Shown here: positions 28,389 through 38,779 of the stretch, in pieces | How the letters are laid out: every line of letters starts with the position of its first letter | How positions within the stretch are numbered: position 1 is the stretch's first letter | IMG/VR virus record: IMGVR_UViG_3300027782_000037 | Coordinates: 93,277 to 157,276 of that record | From: a virus | Length of the DNA stretch: 64,000 bases | Reading direction: 5' to 3' (one strand) | The notes under the pieces: generated by a model | Databases searched by the model: none | What the model was told of the DNA's origin: nothing | What the model saw: only the letters and a program-made list of their open reading frames with translations | Program-made: the position numbers and the translations under genes

Positions 28389-29180
28389 TTATTTATTATG
28401 ACCACAGTTATCACCGTGCCAACGAGCGTACATACTCACACTTGAGGTCTTTCCGCAATGCTCGCAAGTCTTTTTCATCTGACTTGGATGTGTGCCATTA
28501 GCTAATCTCGCTAAGTTACCTGCGCTACCCACAAAGTTGTGTGTGCCTTCTGCGATGCGTTTATTGTTTAGTTCCGGACCTAAAAAGTTATGACGCCCTT
28601 CCTCAATAAGTCGTTTGTTTAGTTTACCACCAGCATTAGGCGCATTACCGTTTTGCCATTGATGAATTCCTTCTTTAGAACGACGAGTACTTGGATTATT
28701 TTTGAGCCATATATGATTACCACTAGCCATAGCTGCTTTGGCATTTTGTCCATCTTTGTTTGGGTTATCTCGTTTAAAAATATGGTCACCTGAATCTACT
28801 AAACTATTTTGTATTTCTGAAAATACTTTATGAAATTCATCTGGCCGTTTATGAGACCAATGATTTTCACCCTTAAATTTGTCTACAATTTCAGGGTTTT
28901 TCATTGGGTTATTATCAGTATCAAATCCAATAGGATCAGGTGTACGATTCATACAATTAGGTTTACCAAAATTTTCTGCTAGATATTTTCTTTCTAATTC
29001 TTTAACTTCAGCAAAAGATTCAGCATACTCAAGTATTTCTCTTGTAAGTGTAGATTTATCTTTGATAGATAAAGGCCATTTGCCAGATCCAATATAACCG
29101 TCATCTATATTGTCAGTGCTATGCCTACCAATGTAATATTTTCCATTTTTATGGATTGTTTTATATATAAAATGTTTCAT
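28389..29180 (-). CDS. Free-standing Seg-like GIY-YIG homing endonuclease
   Basis: Start refined to ATG 29180. FIYKT...YYIGRHST...DGYIGSG catalytic domain, repeated G.H.F modules, C-terminal CEHC...WHGDNC zinc ribbon. Confidence 0.85.
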   Translation of the reverse strand: MKHFIYKTIHKNGKYYIGRHSTDNIDDGYIGSGKWPLSIKDKSTLTREILEYAESFAEVKELERKYLAENFGKPNCMNRTPDPIGFDTDNNPMKNPEIVDKFKGENHWSHKRPDEFHKVFSEIQNSLVDSGDHIFKRDNPNKDGQNAKAAMASGNHIWLKNNPSTRRSKEGIHQWQNGNAPNAGGKLNKRLIEEGRHNFLGPELNNKRIAEGTHNFVGSAGNLARLANGTHPSQMKKTCEHCGKTSSVSMYARWHGDNCGHNK

Positions 29181-29185
29181 ATGTT

Positions 29186-29239
29186 TATTTATGTAATCTG
29201 CTGCGTTACTACAATAACATAGGTACAAATAAAAGTCAA
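29186..29239 (-). promoter_or_regulatory. Tandem sigma70-like and late promoters for the homing endonuclease
   Basis: TTGACT-N17-TATTGT with TG extension, then ATAAATA (29192-29186) 5 nt before the ATG. Confidence 0.55.
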
Positions 29240-29240
29240 C

Positions 29241-29263
29241 AAAAAAGCACCTTGCGGTGCTTT
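29241..29263 (-). terminator. Rho-independent terminator after the major capsid gene
   Basis: AAAGCACC-GCAA-GGTGCTTTTTT on the minus strand. Confidence 0.85.
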
Positions 29264-29305
29264 CCTGAAACTTCCCATCCCTGAGTTGTTTGTATTGCGT
29301 TTGTA

Positions 29306-30502
29306 TTAACTGAACGACAAGTTTTGAACGGCTATCTCGCCAACGTAGTCGGCGGCATTTCCAAAACTGCTGGCAGTATTAGTGAGCTCGACAAACCCGT
29401 ACCTTGTCATAAATGATACGACTGGTTCGAATGTGCTTGGATCCAACACAACGCCAGATGACATCAGCGGAATGTATGGGCAATAGAACGCAGCGGCATC
29501 CGCCTCTGACGAACCTTTGTAACCAACCAATACTGATTGTGTATCTGGAGCATAGCTGTTTACGAATACACGTAATGAACCATTTAATGTACCAACAAAC
29601 TTAGTGTTTGTAGGAGCTTCAAATGTTCCTTCTGTTGTACGAGCAAAAGCTGATGTTGTTGCAGATTGTAGTACTGTTAAAGCAGCACTTGAAACAACGG
29701 CCCAGTTACCAGCGCCACGACGTGTGCGTTGGGCGATCAAGTTAGCAACTCTATTGATCAGAACAGCTAGTGCAGCATGTTCATCACCAACGAATGTAGC
29801 AGTACCTGATACTGTAGCTTGGTTGTATGTGTACTCTGTAGCAGCCAGACTGCTTAATGATAAGAGAATCTCTTGATCGATTTCAGCTGTGATTTCTTGG
29901 GCCAAAGCAGCCATAATTTCTGCTTCAACGTCAATACCATGCATAGCTTGTGCGTCTTGTGCTGATTCAAATGTCCAACGGGCTTGTAACTTACGTGTCT
30001 TTGCTTCGACAGCTTGTTTCAAGATTTGGATACTGATTTGCTTACCGCCAGTACCTTCCATAGTAGCTGTATTGTTACCGGTATAAGCGGTAGCAGTAGT
30101 AGTACCTTGTGGAACTGTTGAGTATGCTGTAGCAATGGTGAATGGGCTTAAAGCTTCTTGACCAGCTGTTACGCTTGTTGCAGCTAAACTGTTGTCAGTC
30201 AATGACTGAGCATAGCGTACACGTAATGTATGGATCTGTGAAACAGGGCCAGTCATTGGTTGTACACCAACCAACTCGTTAGCGATAACGGTTGGCATTA
30301 CACGTCGGATAACTGGCAGAATTACACGGTTTAATGTAGCAATGTTGCCTGACGCTGTTGAACCCGTTGACGCATTTTCTTTCAAATACTTACGGGTGTT
30401 TTCTAGGATTACAGACATTGAGCTACGCTTTGAGCCACCTAGGCCTTCTAGCAACGCATCTTTTGTCTCGCCCCAACGGCTTTCTAATAACGCTTGTGAC
30501 AT
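29306..30502 (-). CDS. gp23: Major capsid protein (T4 gp23-like)
   Basis: IRRVMP..IANELVGVQPMTGP, AKTRKLQARWTFE.AQD..A.HGID.EAE, FYCPYIPL, TRYG motifs. Confidence 0.96.
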   Translation of the reverse strand: MSQALLESRWGETKDALLEGLGGSKRSSMSVILENTRKYLKENASTGSTASGNIATLNRVILPVIRRVMPTVIANELVGVQPMTGPVSQIHTLRVRYAQSLTDNSLAATSVTAGQEALSPFTIATAYSTVPQGTTTATAYTGNNTATMEGTGGKQISIQILKQAVEAKTRKLQARWTFESAQDAQAMHGIDVEAEIMAALAQEITAEIDQEILLSLSSLAATEYTYNQATVSGTATFVGDEHAALAVLINRVANLIAQRTRRGAGNWAVVSSAALTVLQSATTSAFARTTEGTFEAPTNTKFVGTLNGSLRVFVNSYAPDTQSVLVGYKGSSEADAAAFYCPYIPLMSSGVVLDPSTFEPVVSFMTRYGFVELTNTASSFGNAADYVGEIAVQNLSFS

Positions 30503-30522
30503 TTAAGTCTCCTTTTTTCTTT

Positions 30523-31620
30523 TTACAGCCCTGCCAACCGCTTAAGATCAATGACGTTGCTGTCGCTTTCGTCTTCTTGCTCTTGGACACGGGCAGATTT
30601 ATCGCCAGTTGCTTCAGTTAATCTTTGGGTGTTAGCTGGTTGAGCAGCTTTTGCCGAACGGTTTTCTAAAACGGCTGGTAGATACTTTTCAAAAGCACCT
30701 TTCAAACGACTTGTTTGAACGCTTTCAAGTAAATTACGCATTACTTCTGCTTTTTCTTCATTTAGAGGATTAAGCAATTCTTCCATTGTACGTGTACGTA
30801 CATTAGATTCTTTTAGGATGCGTACTTCACGTTCCTTGGATTCGACTAAGACAGTTGCTTTCTTAGCGAATTTGATGGCTTCGGCAATTTTCTGATCTTT
30901 GTAAGCAATCATATCATGCAGTTTACGAACTTCTGCTTTCTCATTTAAGTGAGTAGCACCGAATTCTGCTGAGTATGCTTCAAAAATACGACGACCAAAA
31001 TTGTTCTCGCGAGCAACTTGGATGTCTTCTTTCAATTGGCCGAGTTCAGCCTTGAGATGCCGGGATACAGAGCGTGACATTTTTTCAGCAGATTCTTTTA
31101 CGAAACGATGCTTTAGTGATTCTAATTGATGGCGTGCGTTTTGAACTAGGCGAACCTTAGTTTCAACTACATCACGTTTATCTTCTTGGAATTCACGGAT
31201 TTCACGTGCTAACGCATGAACGATAAAGCCTTCTAACTTAGCTAGGCCTTCGTTATGTGTTTTGCGATCTCTACGCAATTCGCCAATTTCTTCCGCTAAT
31301 TTAGACACCATGAAGTTGTTAAACTTGTTAGTGTCTTCTTTAATTTTGCGTTGGAATTTAACGCGATCTTCAGCAAGAGCAGCTTTTTCTGCTTTCAACT
31401 GACGAACTTCTGCGATAAGACTTTCTGATACCATGCGATCTAGGGCTTCCACCATCACTTGTTTGTCATGCTCGTAGCGTTGTGCAAACTCTTCGCGGAG
31501 TTCTGCACGGGCTTGTTCCTTGGCTTCAACAATTCTGGCTTCCCAGGCTTCGTTGATTTCTGCTTTCGCTTCCTCGGTTACAAACTCGCTATCTAGTAAC
31601 GGTTTCAATGCGTCTAGCAT
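30523..31620 (-). CDS. gp22: Prohead core scaffolding protein (gp22-like)
   Basis: Glu/Lys-rich coiled coil located between the protease and capsid genes. Confidence 0.8.
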   Translation of the reverse strand: MLDALKPLLDSEFVTEEAKAEINEAWEARIVEAKEQARAELREEFAQRYEHDKQVMVEALDRMVSESLIAEVRQLKAEKAALAEDRVKFQRKIKEDTNKFNNFMVSKLAEEIGELRRDRKTHNEGLAKLEGFIVHALAREIREFQEDKRDVVETKVRLVQNARHQLESLKHRFVKESAEKMSRSVSRHLKAELGQLKEDIQVARENNFGRRIFEAYSAEFGATHLNEKAEVRKLHDMIAYKDQKIAEAIKFAKKATVLVESKEREVRILKESNVRTRTMEELLNPLNEEKAEVMRNLLESVQTSRLKGAFEKYLPAVLENRSAKAAQPANTQRLTEATGDKSARVQEQEDESDSNVIDLKRLAGL

Positions 31621-31621
31621 A

Positions 31622-32272
31622 TTATTTTCCTTCGATCTTCAGACCACGTATTAAACGAATCACTTCGCTCGATACGTATTTCTGCGCTTTGTTGCTTTTA
31701 GCCGGATCCTTAAACATTTCCAATAACCTTTGCCCGCCGGCGTGATTTAACAAGCCTTCGTAAATTGCTTTTGGATATGCGTTTGGAGCACTTGGCTGGG
31801 CAACTACATCAACAGTGACGATTTCAAAATCACTGACATGTCCGTTGTTGTCGTTGACGTTTCCTGATCCACGACTACTAACCCCTAGTTTAACGCCCGA
31901 GTCCAACATGGTCTTAACCAGTTGTCCCATGGGTGTTGGTAATATCTTTAACTTGCCATAACCGCAAGGACCTTCCATCCACATACCTTCAATCATATGT
32001 GAAACACGATCCAGGTTAATTTTCAAATCATCTGGGTGGTCTACTTCACCTAATACACTATGCCCTGATTTAATTTGTTCGTTGATGGTGTCTACAGCGT
32101 TGGCTATTTCGTTGACAGGATATACACGTTCATTGGCGTTTCTTACGCCGCCCTCAATACAAATACCCTTCATGTAAAGGGTTTTGCCGCCATCTTTGGC
32201 TTCCTCAGTTTCGAGGACTACTCGAGCCTGAGTGAAGCTTAGATGTTCTTTGAGATATGTGTTACGAGCCAT
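31622..32272 (-). CDS. gp21: Prohead maturation protease (gp21-like)
   Basis: N.N.RVYP, GEVDHP, RVSH, TPMG, LGVSSRGSG, DVVAQPSAPNA motifs. Confidence 0.95.
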   Translation of the reverse strand: MARNTYLKEHLSFTQARVVLETEEAKDGGKTLYMKGICIEGGVRNANERVYPVNEIANAVDTINEQIKSGHSVLGEVDHPDDLKINLDRVSHMIEGMWMEGPCGYGKLKILPTPMGQLVKTMLDSGVKLGVSSRGSGNVNDNNGHVSDFEIVTVDVVAQPSAPNAYPKAIYEGLLNHAGGQRLLEMFKDPAKSNKAQKYVSSEVIRLIRGLKIEGK

Positions 32273-32281
32273 ATCAGTCTA

Positions 32282-33169
32282 TTAACCTTTTGGAAAAGGT
32301 GTTTTTGTATTTACGCCAGTTGCCTGGGATAAATGTGGCTTAGGTGCTGGGGCTAATTTAGCATTTGCTCCGCCTTTAGCTGGCGTGTTTTTAAATTTTC
32401 CTGCTCCTGGAAGATCGCCACGTCCTTTGTCAGCATAGCTGCTTGGTGCACGGTATGCTGATGTACCATCTGGGTTTGATTCAGAGGCAACATTGCGTAC
32501 TGGCTTACCCTGCATTCCGGCTGCGCCCGAGTTAAATGTTGTTGGCGATCTAGTATTAGCACCGTTGTCACCCATTTTAGCTGGTGCAACTTTCTCTAAA
32601 CTAACGTTTTCCATCATACCCATGCCGCCTTCTTCATCATCAAATTCTGATGTGTCATCGTCTGCATAAGCGTCACCGCCTACGTCGCCGTCAACTGGTT
32701 CCATGTCAAATTCGTCGCCGCCCATGTCGTCGCCCATGTCGCCACCTTCTTGGTCGCCCATAAGCTCTTCAAACTCAGCCATTAATTCATCAAGTTTATC
32801 TTCAAGGTCAACTACACGATCTTCTAGATCTTCGTCGCCGAAATCGTCGTCGCCCATGTCGTCGCCCATGTCGTCGCCCATGTCGTCGTCGCCCATGTCG
32901 TCTTCTGGTTCTTCTTCGTCATCAAAGTCAGCGTCTTCGTCGTCATCACCTTCGTTCATGCCGCTTTCGTCAGTTTCGACGTTGCTCATTATATCTTCAG
33001 TAGCAGAACCAGAAGTATCGTCCATATCTTCTTCGATATCTTCTTCTTGCATAAGGTTTTCATAAATTTCGCGTGATTTCTCAACTACAATATTATGGAA
33101 AAGCTCGCGGGCTTTTTCGTTGTCATCGTTAATCACATATTCGATTAACTGTTCAAATTTCGATGTCAT
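32282..33169 (-). CDS. Highly acidic prohead core protein (gp67/gp68-like position)
   Basis: Asp/Glu-rich N-terminal two thirds with DDMG repeats and a basic C-terminal part; SD AGGAG; late motif GTAAATA at 33200-33206. Confidence 0.7.
   Translation of the reverse strand: MTSKFEQLIEYVINDDNEKARELFHNIVVEKSREIYENLMQEEDIEEDMDDTSGSATEDIMSNVETDESGMNEGDDDEDADFDDEEEPEDDMGDDDMGDDMGDDMGDDDFGDEDLEDRVVDLEDKLDELMAEFEELMGDQEGGDMGDDMGGDEFDMEPVDGDVGGDAYADDDTSEFDDEEGGMGMMENVSLEKVAPAKMGDNGANTRSPTTFNSGAAGMQGKPVRNVASESNPDGTSAYRAPSSYADKGRGDLPGAGKFKNTPAKGGANAKLAPAPKPHLSQATGVNTKTPFPKG
32844..32902. repeat. 12-bp tandem repeat (tcgtcgcccatg) encoding DDMG
   Basis: About four copies here and two more near 32712-32742. 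Confidence 0.85.
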
Positions 33170-33369
33170 ATTCTCTCCTTGGATAATGGCTCGTGCTGAT
33201 ATTTACTATTAACCAGCATTATTACTCTATTAGGGGTTGAAAATGACTAATTTATGTGGGTTTTGTTACATTTGAAATTAGTCTTCATGTAGAAGGCTAC
33301 CCATTACGTACAAATCTTTTTTAAATGATTTAGTGAAACATTTGTTTCCCCAAAATAGTAATAGTAAAA

Positions 33370-35265
33370 TTAGTTCCAGTTGTCTTTGTTATATACCGGA
33401 GGGGCAAGGGTTCTACCTTTGTTTGGTTGTGGTGGCATCGGTTGCGGCTGTTGTTGATATGCTGGTACTACAATACCTTGTGGCACCACAGATTCCGGAG
33501 GTATAGCTGGTTCTGGCGCAGCTGGTTTAGCTGGTTTAGGGGGAGGTGCAACAGGTCCAGGTGCCGGAGCAACTGGTTTTGGTTTAGGTATGCTATTATC
33601 AAAAGGTGGATATCCCAATTTCTTGAACACCGCATTAGCACGTTCCACCGCCTTGGACCAAGCCGGATCGCTATCTTTGCCGTGTTTCTGTTGTAGATCT
33701 TGTATTTCCTTAACCAGTCTCTTGATCTCTTCCGAATTTTTTGCATCTGTTGCTGTGGCGTTGTCAGATGATGTACCTGGTGCAGCGTCCGGAGTTTCCG
33801 ACCCACGGGCATAATCAGCTATTTTTCCAACGCCTGACATGATAAGATCACCATTATTAAACACAAGGTCCAATGCAGCCAGGGCCGCGGCGTATTTTAA
33901 AAATCTCTTTGATTTTGCCGCCCACGATAAATTGGCTGGTAAACTATTTGGTTTTAATATATTTGCTGCAGGGTTAGATGCGGTGGGTCCTGTCGGTGGT
34001 TTGGGGGTACTAGTTGGACTTGAGGTGGGACTAGTAGTACTTGTGTTAGAACTTGTTAATCGTCGTTGTGCTTCTCTTTCTAGAGCTATAGCTTCGTTAC
34101 TTCCTCTTGGGATCACTGTGCCGTCTTGTTTTACCCATGACCCATCTGCATTTTTAGTGTGACTTGTTATCGTACCGGTTGACGCGGTGTCCGTAACTTG
34201 AGATCCTTTAGGCACACCAAAAGTTTTCTCTAATTTCGACCCTTCTTGTTTTAATTCTTTAGCAAGAGCTTTGGCGTCAAGAGTTCTACCATTAGGACCG
34301 GAAAACATATTAGTATTAGGTAGTCTCGTCCAACCTGTGGCTACCTCAGTTCCGTCGGTCAGTCTTAATACGGGAGTTTTTCCCAGCGCATCAGCTACTT
34401 CGGCTTGTGGCCTTCTTTTAAATAGCCACCCAAAGTCGTCAGCAAGTTTCTCAACAGCCGGTGGTAGTCTTACTTCATTAAGCTGTGTTGTTTCATCTAA
34501 ACGTTTTAATTTTGATACCAAAAGCGACATCTCGTCAGATTCAGATAAACTACGAGAGGTATTATGATTTTCTTTTACCGAATCCCAACCTTTTACCGCT
34601 CCCTTGGCCGCCCCTGTTAGTGCATCCAAACCATACTGGCCAGCTTGTTTTGCCATATTATAATGATGTTTGACTGTCGCCCCCAGAGCGTTTCCTACGT
34701 AAGAGCCGATTTTAGAGGCCACGGGCTCTTCTTCTTCGGGTTTAGCTGCTGCGGTTGCCGCCATATCAGCAGCAGTAAATGCGCCGATATCACCGCCCGC
34801 AACACCTTTGTCTGTTGTGTCTGTATTGGGTGTGCTTGTGTTAGTAGAAGCAGATCTCACTGCTCGGCTATCGGCGGAGGATGTATTGGTGGGTGGAGTC
34901 AGTCGGAATAGTTTAACCAGAGCATCCGCGTCTGTGGGCAGATTCATAGATTTTTTATAAGTTTGTATTGCGGCGAGGATGTCTTCTACTGGATTGCCAC
35001 CACTATTGGGTATTTTAATTCCTTCTCTATCTAATGCAGTATGCAGTTCCTTAACTAGTTCACTTGCTGACATTTTGGTTACGTCACTGCCACTATTTGA
35101 TGAATCGTCGGCCTGTTGAGCGTTCTTGTATTCTTGATATCTAGATTCTTTGTTTCTTTCCGCTGCCATGCGTTCTTTAAACTCTTTTTCCTCTTCCGGA
35201 GATAGGTCAGTGAGGTCTTCTAACAGTTTAAATTGTGTATGCAGTTTTTTTAGTAATTGATCCAT
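33370..35265 (-). CDS. Putative internal head/ejection protein, Pro-rich C-terminus
   Basis: Within the head operon; several L-x-E motifs; one hydrophobic stretch; low-complexity linkers. Confidence 0.55.
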   Translation of the reverse strand: MDQLLKKLHTQFKLLEDLTDLSPEEEKEFKERMAAERNKESRYQEYKNAQQADDSSNSGSDVTKMSASELVKELHTALDREGIKIPNSGGNPVEDILAAIQTYKKSMNLPTDADALVKLFRLTPPTNTSSADSRAVRSASTNTSTPNTDTTDKGVAGGDIGAFTAADMAATAAAKPEEEEPVASKIGSYVGNALGATVKHHYNMAKQAGQYGLDALTGAAKGAVKGWDSVKENHNTSRSLSESDEMSLLVSKLKRLDETTQLNEVRLPPAVEKLADDFGWLFKRRPQAEVADALGKTPVLRLTDGTEVATGWTRLPNTNMFSGPNGRTLDAKALAKELKQEGSKLEKTFGVPKGSQVTDTASTGTITSHTKNADGSWVKQDGTVIPRGSNEAIALEREAQRRLTSSNTSTTSPTSSPTSTPKPPTGPTASNPAANILKPNSLPANLSWAAKSKRFLKYAAALAALDLVFNNGDLIMSGVGKIADYARGSETPDAAPGTSSDNATATDAKNSEEIKRLVKEIQDLQQKHGKDSDPAWSKAVERANAVFKKLGYPPFDNSIPKPKPVAPAPGPVAPPPKPAKPAAPEPAIPPESVVPQGIVVPAYQQQPQPMPPQPNKGRTLAPPVYNKDNWN

Positions 35266-36677
35266 TAAAATGCCCCTTCCTGTGTTTTTAGCCAGTTCTG
35301 ATATCTAGCTTCTTTGGCTGGATCTGTATATTGAGCGGGCTTTGATGATGTTTTATTAGTTGTAGTTGGTGTTGTCGATACAGAGGGACCACTAGTGATG
35401 CCTGTACTGCCTGCGTCTGCTGCAATACCCACTGGATTTACCGAAGATCCTTCCGGGTAAATTTCATCAATAATATAGTTGATCAACTCCTCGGGTTTAT
35501 CACCAAATGCTTGTTGCAGAGCTAATCCACCTGCCATACCGCCCAATAACCCCACTAACATACCGGGTATTCCTCCGAAGGGCGCACCAATTAATGCACC
35601 AAAGTATGCACCAACTACAAAAATACCAAATTCTGCTATTACTTTACTCCAAATTTTTGCTATAGCACTTTTATATCTAGACACTGCACCGGCATCATTG
35701 GGATCGGCTGGTTTTGGTAAATTTTTACTAGCATGATATGCTTCATAGATTATCATACCAGTATTAAGAACCCAGTTAGGTGTTTTGCCTATTTTAGCTG
35801 CAAAACCTTTCACCGCGTCCCACGCTCCTTCGTCCAACTGTTGGGCCTCGAATAGCACCGGATCAAGCATTAATTGTTGTTCCATCAAGGCCAATTCTTT
35901 TCTTAATGAATAAGAACTTTCATTAGTTTTTTCTTTATTGCCTGGTGCAAACGTATCTGGCGTATTTTTCTGTACCCATTCTTTTGCCTTGGGGCCAAAA
36001 TCGCCGTTGAGGGCATCTTTATATGCTTGGTAGGCGTTTATTGCAATGCTCAACCCTTTGGCCGCAGGACCCCCGAAATTCAACACTCCTGCTAGGCCAG
36101 ATGTAAATGCCTCCCAATAATCTCCTTTCTTGGCACGATTATACGCATCGTACCAGGCAGCAGCTGATGCAATAGGGCCTCCTACCATTTTTCCGGCAGT
36201 TCCAACTAGGGGACTTTTAGTAACGGCGCCTGCTACCCTTGCTAACCCACCCGCAGCTTGAGCACCCAGGGCACCTGCACTACCGGTTGATGACAATGCA
36301 ATGGGCACTAATTTCTCCAATGCTGTGACCAATTCATCTAATTTTTTAGCATCTTCGGGGTTCTTTTGTGCTTCAGGTGCGGCTGCGCCGGGTTTCGCAC
36401 GACTGGGATCAGCTAACAGCTTATTCATTACGGCTACAGTCTCTGGACCGGGATCGCCATCAACTGCTAGTGGAGGATTTGCTTGTTGGAATGCTCGTAC
36501 GGCAGCAGCAGAATCCGGGCCAAAATTACTGTCCACACCCTTTGATCCGACAGAATATCCTAAATCTTCTAAGCCCTGTTGTATTTTACCAATATTATCG
36601 CCCAGCCAAGCACCATTACGTGGTGCAATTTCTTCTGTCAGATAATCTAATCTGTTTAGTATTGAGCGAATATCCAT
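35265..36677 (-). CDS. Peptidoglycan-binding-domain protein with hydrophobic helices (putative internal/ejection protein)
   Basis: IQQGLEDLGY.....VDSNFGP....AVRAFQ......VDG.PGPET is a PG_binding_1 signature; leader MDIRSILNRLDYLTE; Gly-rich hydrophobic hairpin near the C-terminus. Confidence 0.75.
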   Translation of the reverse strand: MDIRSILNRLDYLTEEIAPRNGAWLGDNIGKIQQGLEDLGYSVGSKGVDSNFGPDSAAAVRAFQQANPPLAVDGDPGPETVAVMNKLLADPSRAKPGAAAPEAQKNPEDAKKLDELVTALEKLVPIALSSTGSAGALGAQAAGGLARVAGAVTKSPLVGTAGKMVGGPIASAAAWYDAYNRAKKGDYWEAFTSGLAGVLNFGGPAAKGLSIAINAYQAYKDALNGDFGPKAKEWVQKNTPDTFAPGNKEKTNESSYSLRKELALMEQQLMLDPVLFEAQQLDEGAWDAVKGFAAKIGKTPNWVLNTGMIIYEAYHASKNLPKPADPNDAGAVSRYKSAIAKIWSKVIAEFGIFVVGAYFGALIGAPFGGIPGMLVGLLGGMAGGLALQQAFGDKPEELINYIIDEIYPEGSSVNPVGIAADAGSTGITSGPSVSTTPTTTNKTSSKPAQYTDPAKEARYQNWLKTQEGAF

Positions 36678-36689
36678 TTCGTGGTCCGT

Positions 36690-36908
36690 TTAGACTGCAG
36701 GTGCAGCAGGAGGTGCATATTGAGCTTTAATATCTTTCAATTTATTCTTAAATTCTAGTTCTCTAAGCTCATTCATCTTACGTAATTTACTTATTTGTTT
36801 TAACGTTAGTCGAGTTTTGCGAAGCTGGCCCATTTGAGGTTGCGAGTTATCGTTTTCAAGGTCTTGAAACCCTTCCGGACTGCGTTGGTAAATTTCGTTT
36901 AGGATCAT
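36690..36908 (-). CDS. Small hypothetical head-module protein
   Basis: 72 aa, RKTRLTLKQISKLRKM helix; late motif ATAAATA 7 nt upstream. Confidence 0.7.
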   Translation of the reverse strand: MILNEIYQRSPEGFQDLENDNSQPQMGQLRKTRLTLKQISKLRKMNELRELEFKNKLKDIKAQYAPPAAPAV

Positions 36909-36922
36909 AGTATATTATTTAT

Positions 36923-38761
36923 CTATGCACCAGCAGTTTGTCCGGCAGGGCTACCCACGCTTCCGGCACCAAGATCACCACCAGGAGCTGCCGCAGGGCC
37001 TGCGCCGGTATCTACATCCGCGGAACCTAATTCTGTATCGGCTAAATCATTGCCCATGTCAATATCTGATTCCATACCGCCAGGAGTTACACCCACTGTA
37101 CGTAAGTCTTGTCCGGATGCAAGATCTGTCTTGATAAGTTCGTGTTCTTCTTTCCACAGAGTTTCGTTTTCCATGATCTCTTCTTCGGTTAGACCTAAAT
37201 ACCGCTTTAACAAGAAACGTTTTGATAGATAAGGTAGTGGCTCAATAGCTGCAAATGTACTAACACGGGCAGTATCCAACTCCGACTGTCGATAGCTGGC
37301 AAAGTTTTGTGGTTGTGACAGTTTAATTGTAAAAATACTGCTGTCAATACTAAATCCACGCCAGTTTAAAAATAATTTAAACTCGTCGTCCAACTTCTGC
37401 ATGATTAATTTTTGTAAACGTTCACAGTATTTGTTAAATCTAAATTCCTGTATCAATGCTGTGCCCACACGACCGTCATTCATGGGTGCCGAGCTGTCAT
37501 CTGGACCTGTTGGTAGGTAACTACTGGGAACACGTAACCCACGTGCCATTTTATTATTAAAATACTTTAAATCATCGATCTCGCCTAGGTTTTGACCACC
37601 GGGCAGTACCTCGACAGAACTACCGCGCCCGTCCGACGTTTGAGGGAAGAAGTAATCTTCGTTTACACTCAGGGGATTGTAACTGGCATCCATCATATTA
37701 GCACCACCGCCGGTTACAGTGGGTATACGCCGTTGATGCATCTCATTTTTTACACGTTCCACAAAGGCCATAGCCATGTGACTGGGCATATTACCCACGT
37801 CAATCTTAAATAACCTACGTTCAGGAGCACGTTGTACACGATAAATCAGTACAGAGTCTTCTAATAGTGCTTTTTGTTTGTAAACTTTGTAGATGTTCTC
37901 TAAAATACTTTGTCCAAAGGGCCAAAAGTAATCTAAACCTTCATTTAAACTTAAATGCACCACGTGTTTAGCGTCAATACATGATTCATTCATAGCTTGA
38001 GTGAATCTACCGTTACCTACACCCCCACCGCCACCACCACCTGCACCACCGTTGGGTGCATTATAGTTACCGCCTGTGGTAACTGATCCAGTTGATCGAC
38101 TTACATAATAATCTGACGTGGTTTTTGACGCCATACTCATGTTTTGGAAGTTAGGGTTAATGTCACGAATAATATATTGCTCGGGACGCTTGCCTTCACT
38201 TTCATTTACAATAATTCTAGCCACTTTGATCATGTCGATCCAGTACATTTCAAATGTTTCCGGATCTCGAACAAATACCTGATCGCCATACTTAATAGCG
38301 TTTCTAAACAGTTTAAACATTCGTTGATCTAGCTTGTTTAGCTTAACCCACTGCTGTAATTGCTTTTTAATAATTTCAATTTCATGGTCTGTGGGTTTAT
38401 CGCCAAAATCTATATCAAATGGTGTACCATTATCACTGTTAGACTGTGTGCTAAACTCAGAAATAATGTCTAAACAAGCGTTGACTTCGGAATCGCAATC
38501 CATATTTTCATATTGATTGTACCGTTCCAGCCGGTTAGGGTGTCCCGAATACACTTCGGGTAATCGACTAGCATAGTTACGAAACGCAAATTCATTGCGT
38601 GTTCCACTTTCAAAGTCTGATCCAGGTCTATTATAGCCTGGTAATCCAAAATTATTTTTGCCCGATATCGGACTAAGTTGTCCCAGTTGATTTACATCAG
38701 CTAGTTTGAAATATTTTCTCCACGAACCGTTGCGTGAGTTACTGCTGTTTGAAGTTGCCAT
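36923..38761 (-). CDS. gp20: Portal protein (gp20-like)
   Basis: LLEDSVLIYRVQRAPERRLFKIDVGNMP, EDYFFP...GRGSSVEVLPGGQNLGEIDDLKYF, LRVPSS motifs. Confidence 0.96.
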   Translation of the reverse strand: MATSNSSNSRNGSWRKYFKLADVNQLGQLSPISGKNNFGLPGYNRPGSDFESGTRNEFAFRNYASRLPEVYSGHPNRLERYNQYENMDCDSEVNACLDIISEFSTQSNSDNGTPFDIDFGDKPTDHEIEIIKKQLQQWVKLNKLDQRMFKLFRNAIKYGDQVFVRDPETFEMYWIDMIKVARIIVNESEGKRPEQYIIRDINPNFQNMSMASKTTSDYYVSRSTGSVTTGGNYNAPNGGAGGGGGGGVGNGRFTQAMNESCIDAKHVVHLSLNEGLDYFWPFGQSILENIYKVYKQKALLEDSVLIYRVQRAPERRLFKIDVGNMPSHMAMAFVERVKNEMHQRRIPTVTGGGANMMDASYNPLSVNEDYFFPQTSDGRGSSVEVLPGGQNLGEIDDLKYFNNKMARGLRVPSSYLPTGPDDSSAPMNDGRVGTALIQEFRFNKYCERLQKLIMQKLDDEFKLFLNWRGFSIDSSIFTIKLSQPQNFASYRQSELDTARVSTFAAIEPLPYLSKRFLLKRYLGLTEEEIMENETLWKEEHELIKTDLASGQDLRTVGVTPGGMESDIDMGNDLADTELGSADVDTGAGPAAAPGGDLGAGSVGSPAGQTAGA

Positions 38762-38779
38762 AGTTTATTATTTAGTTTT

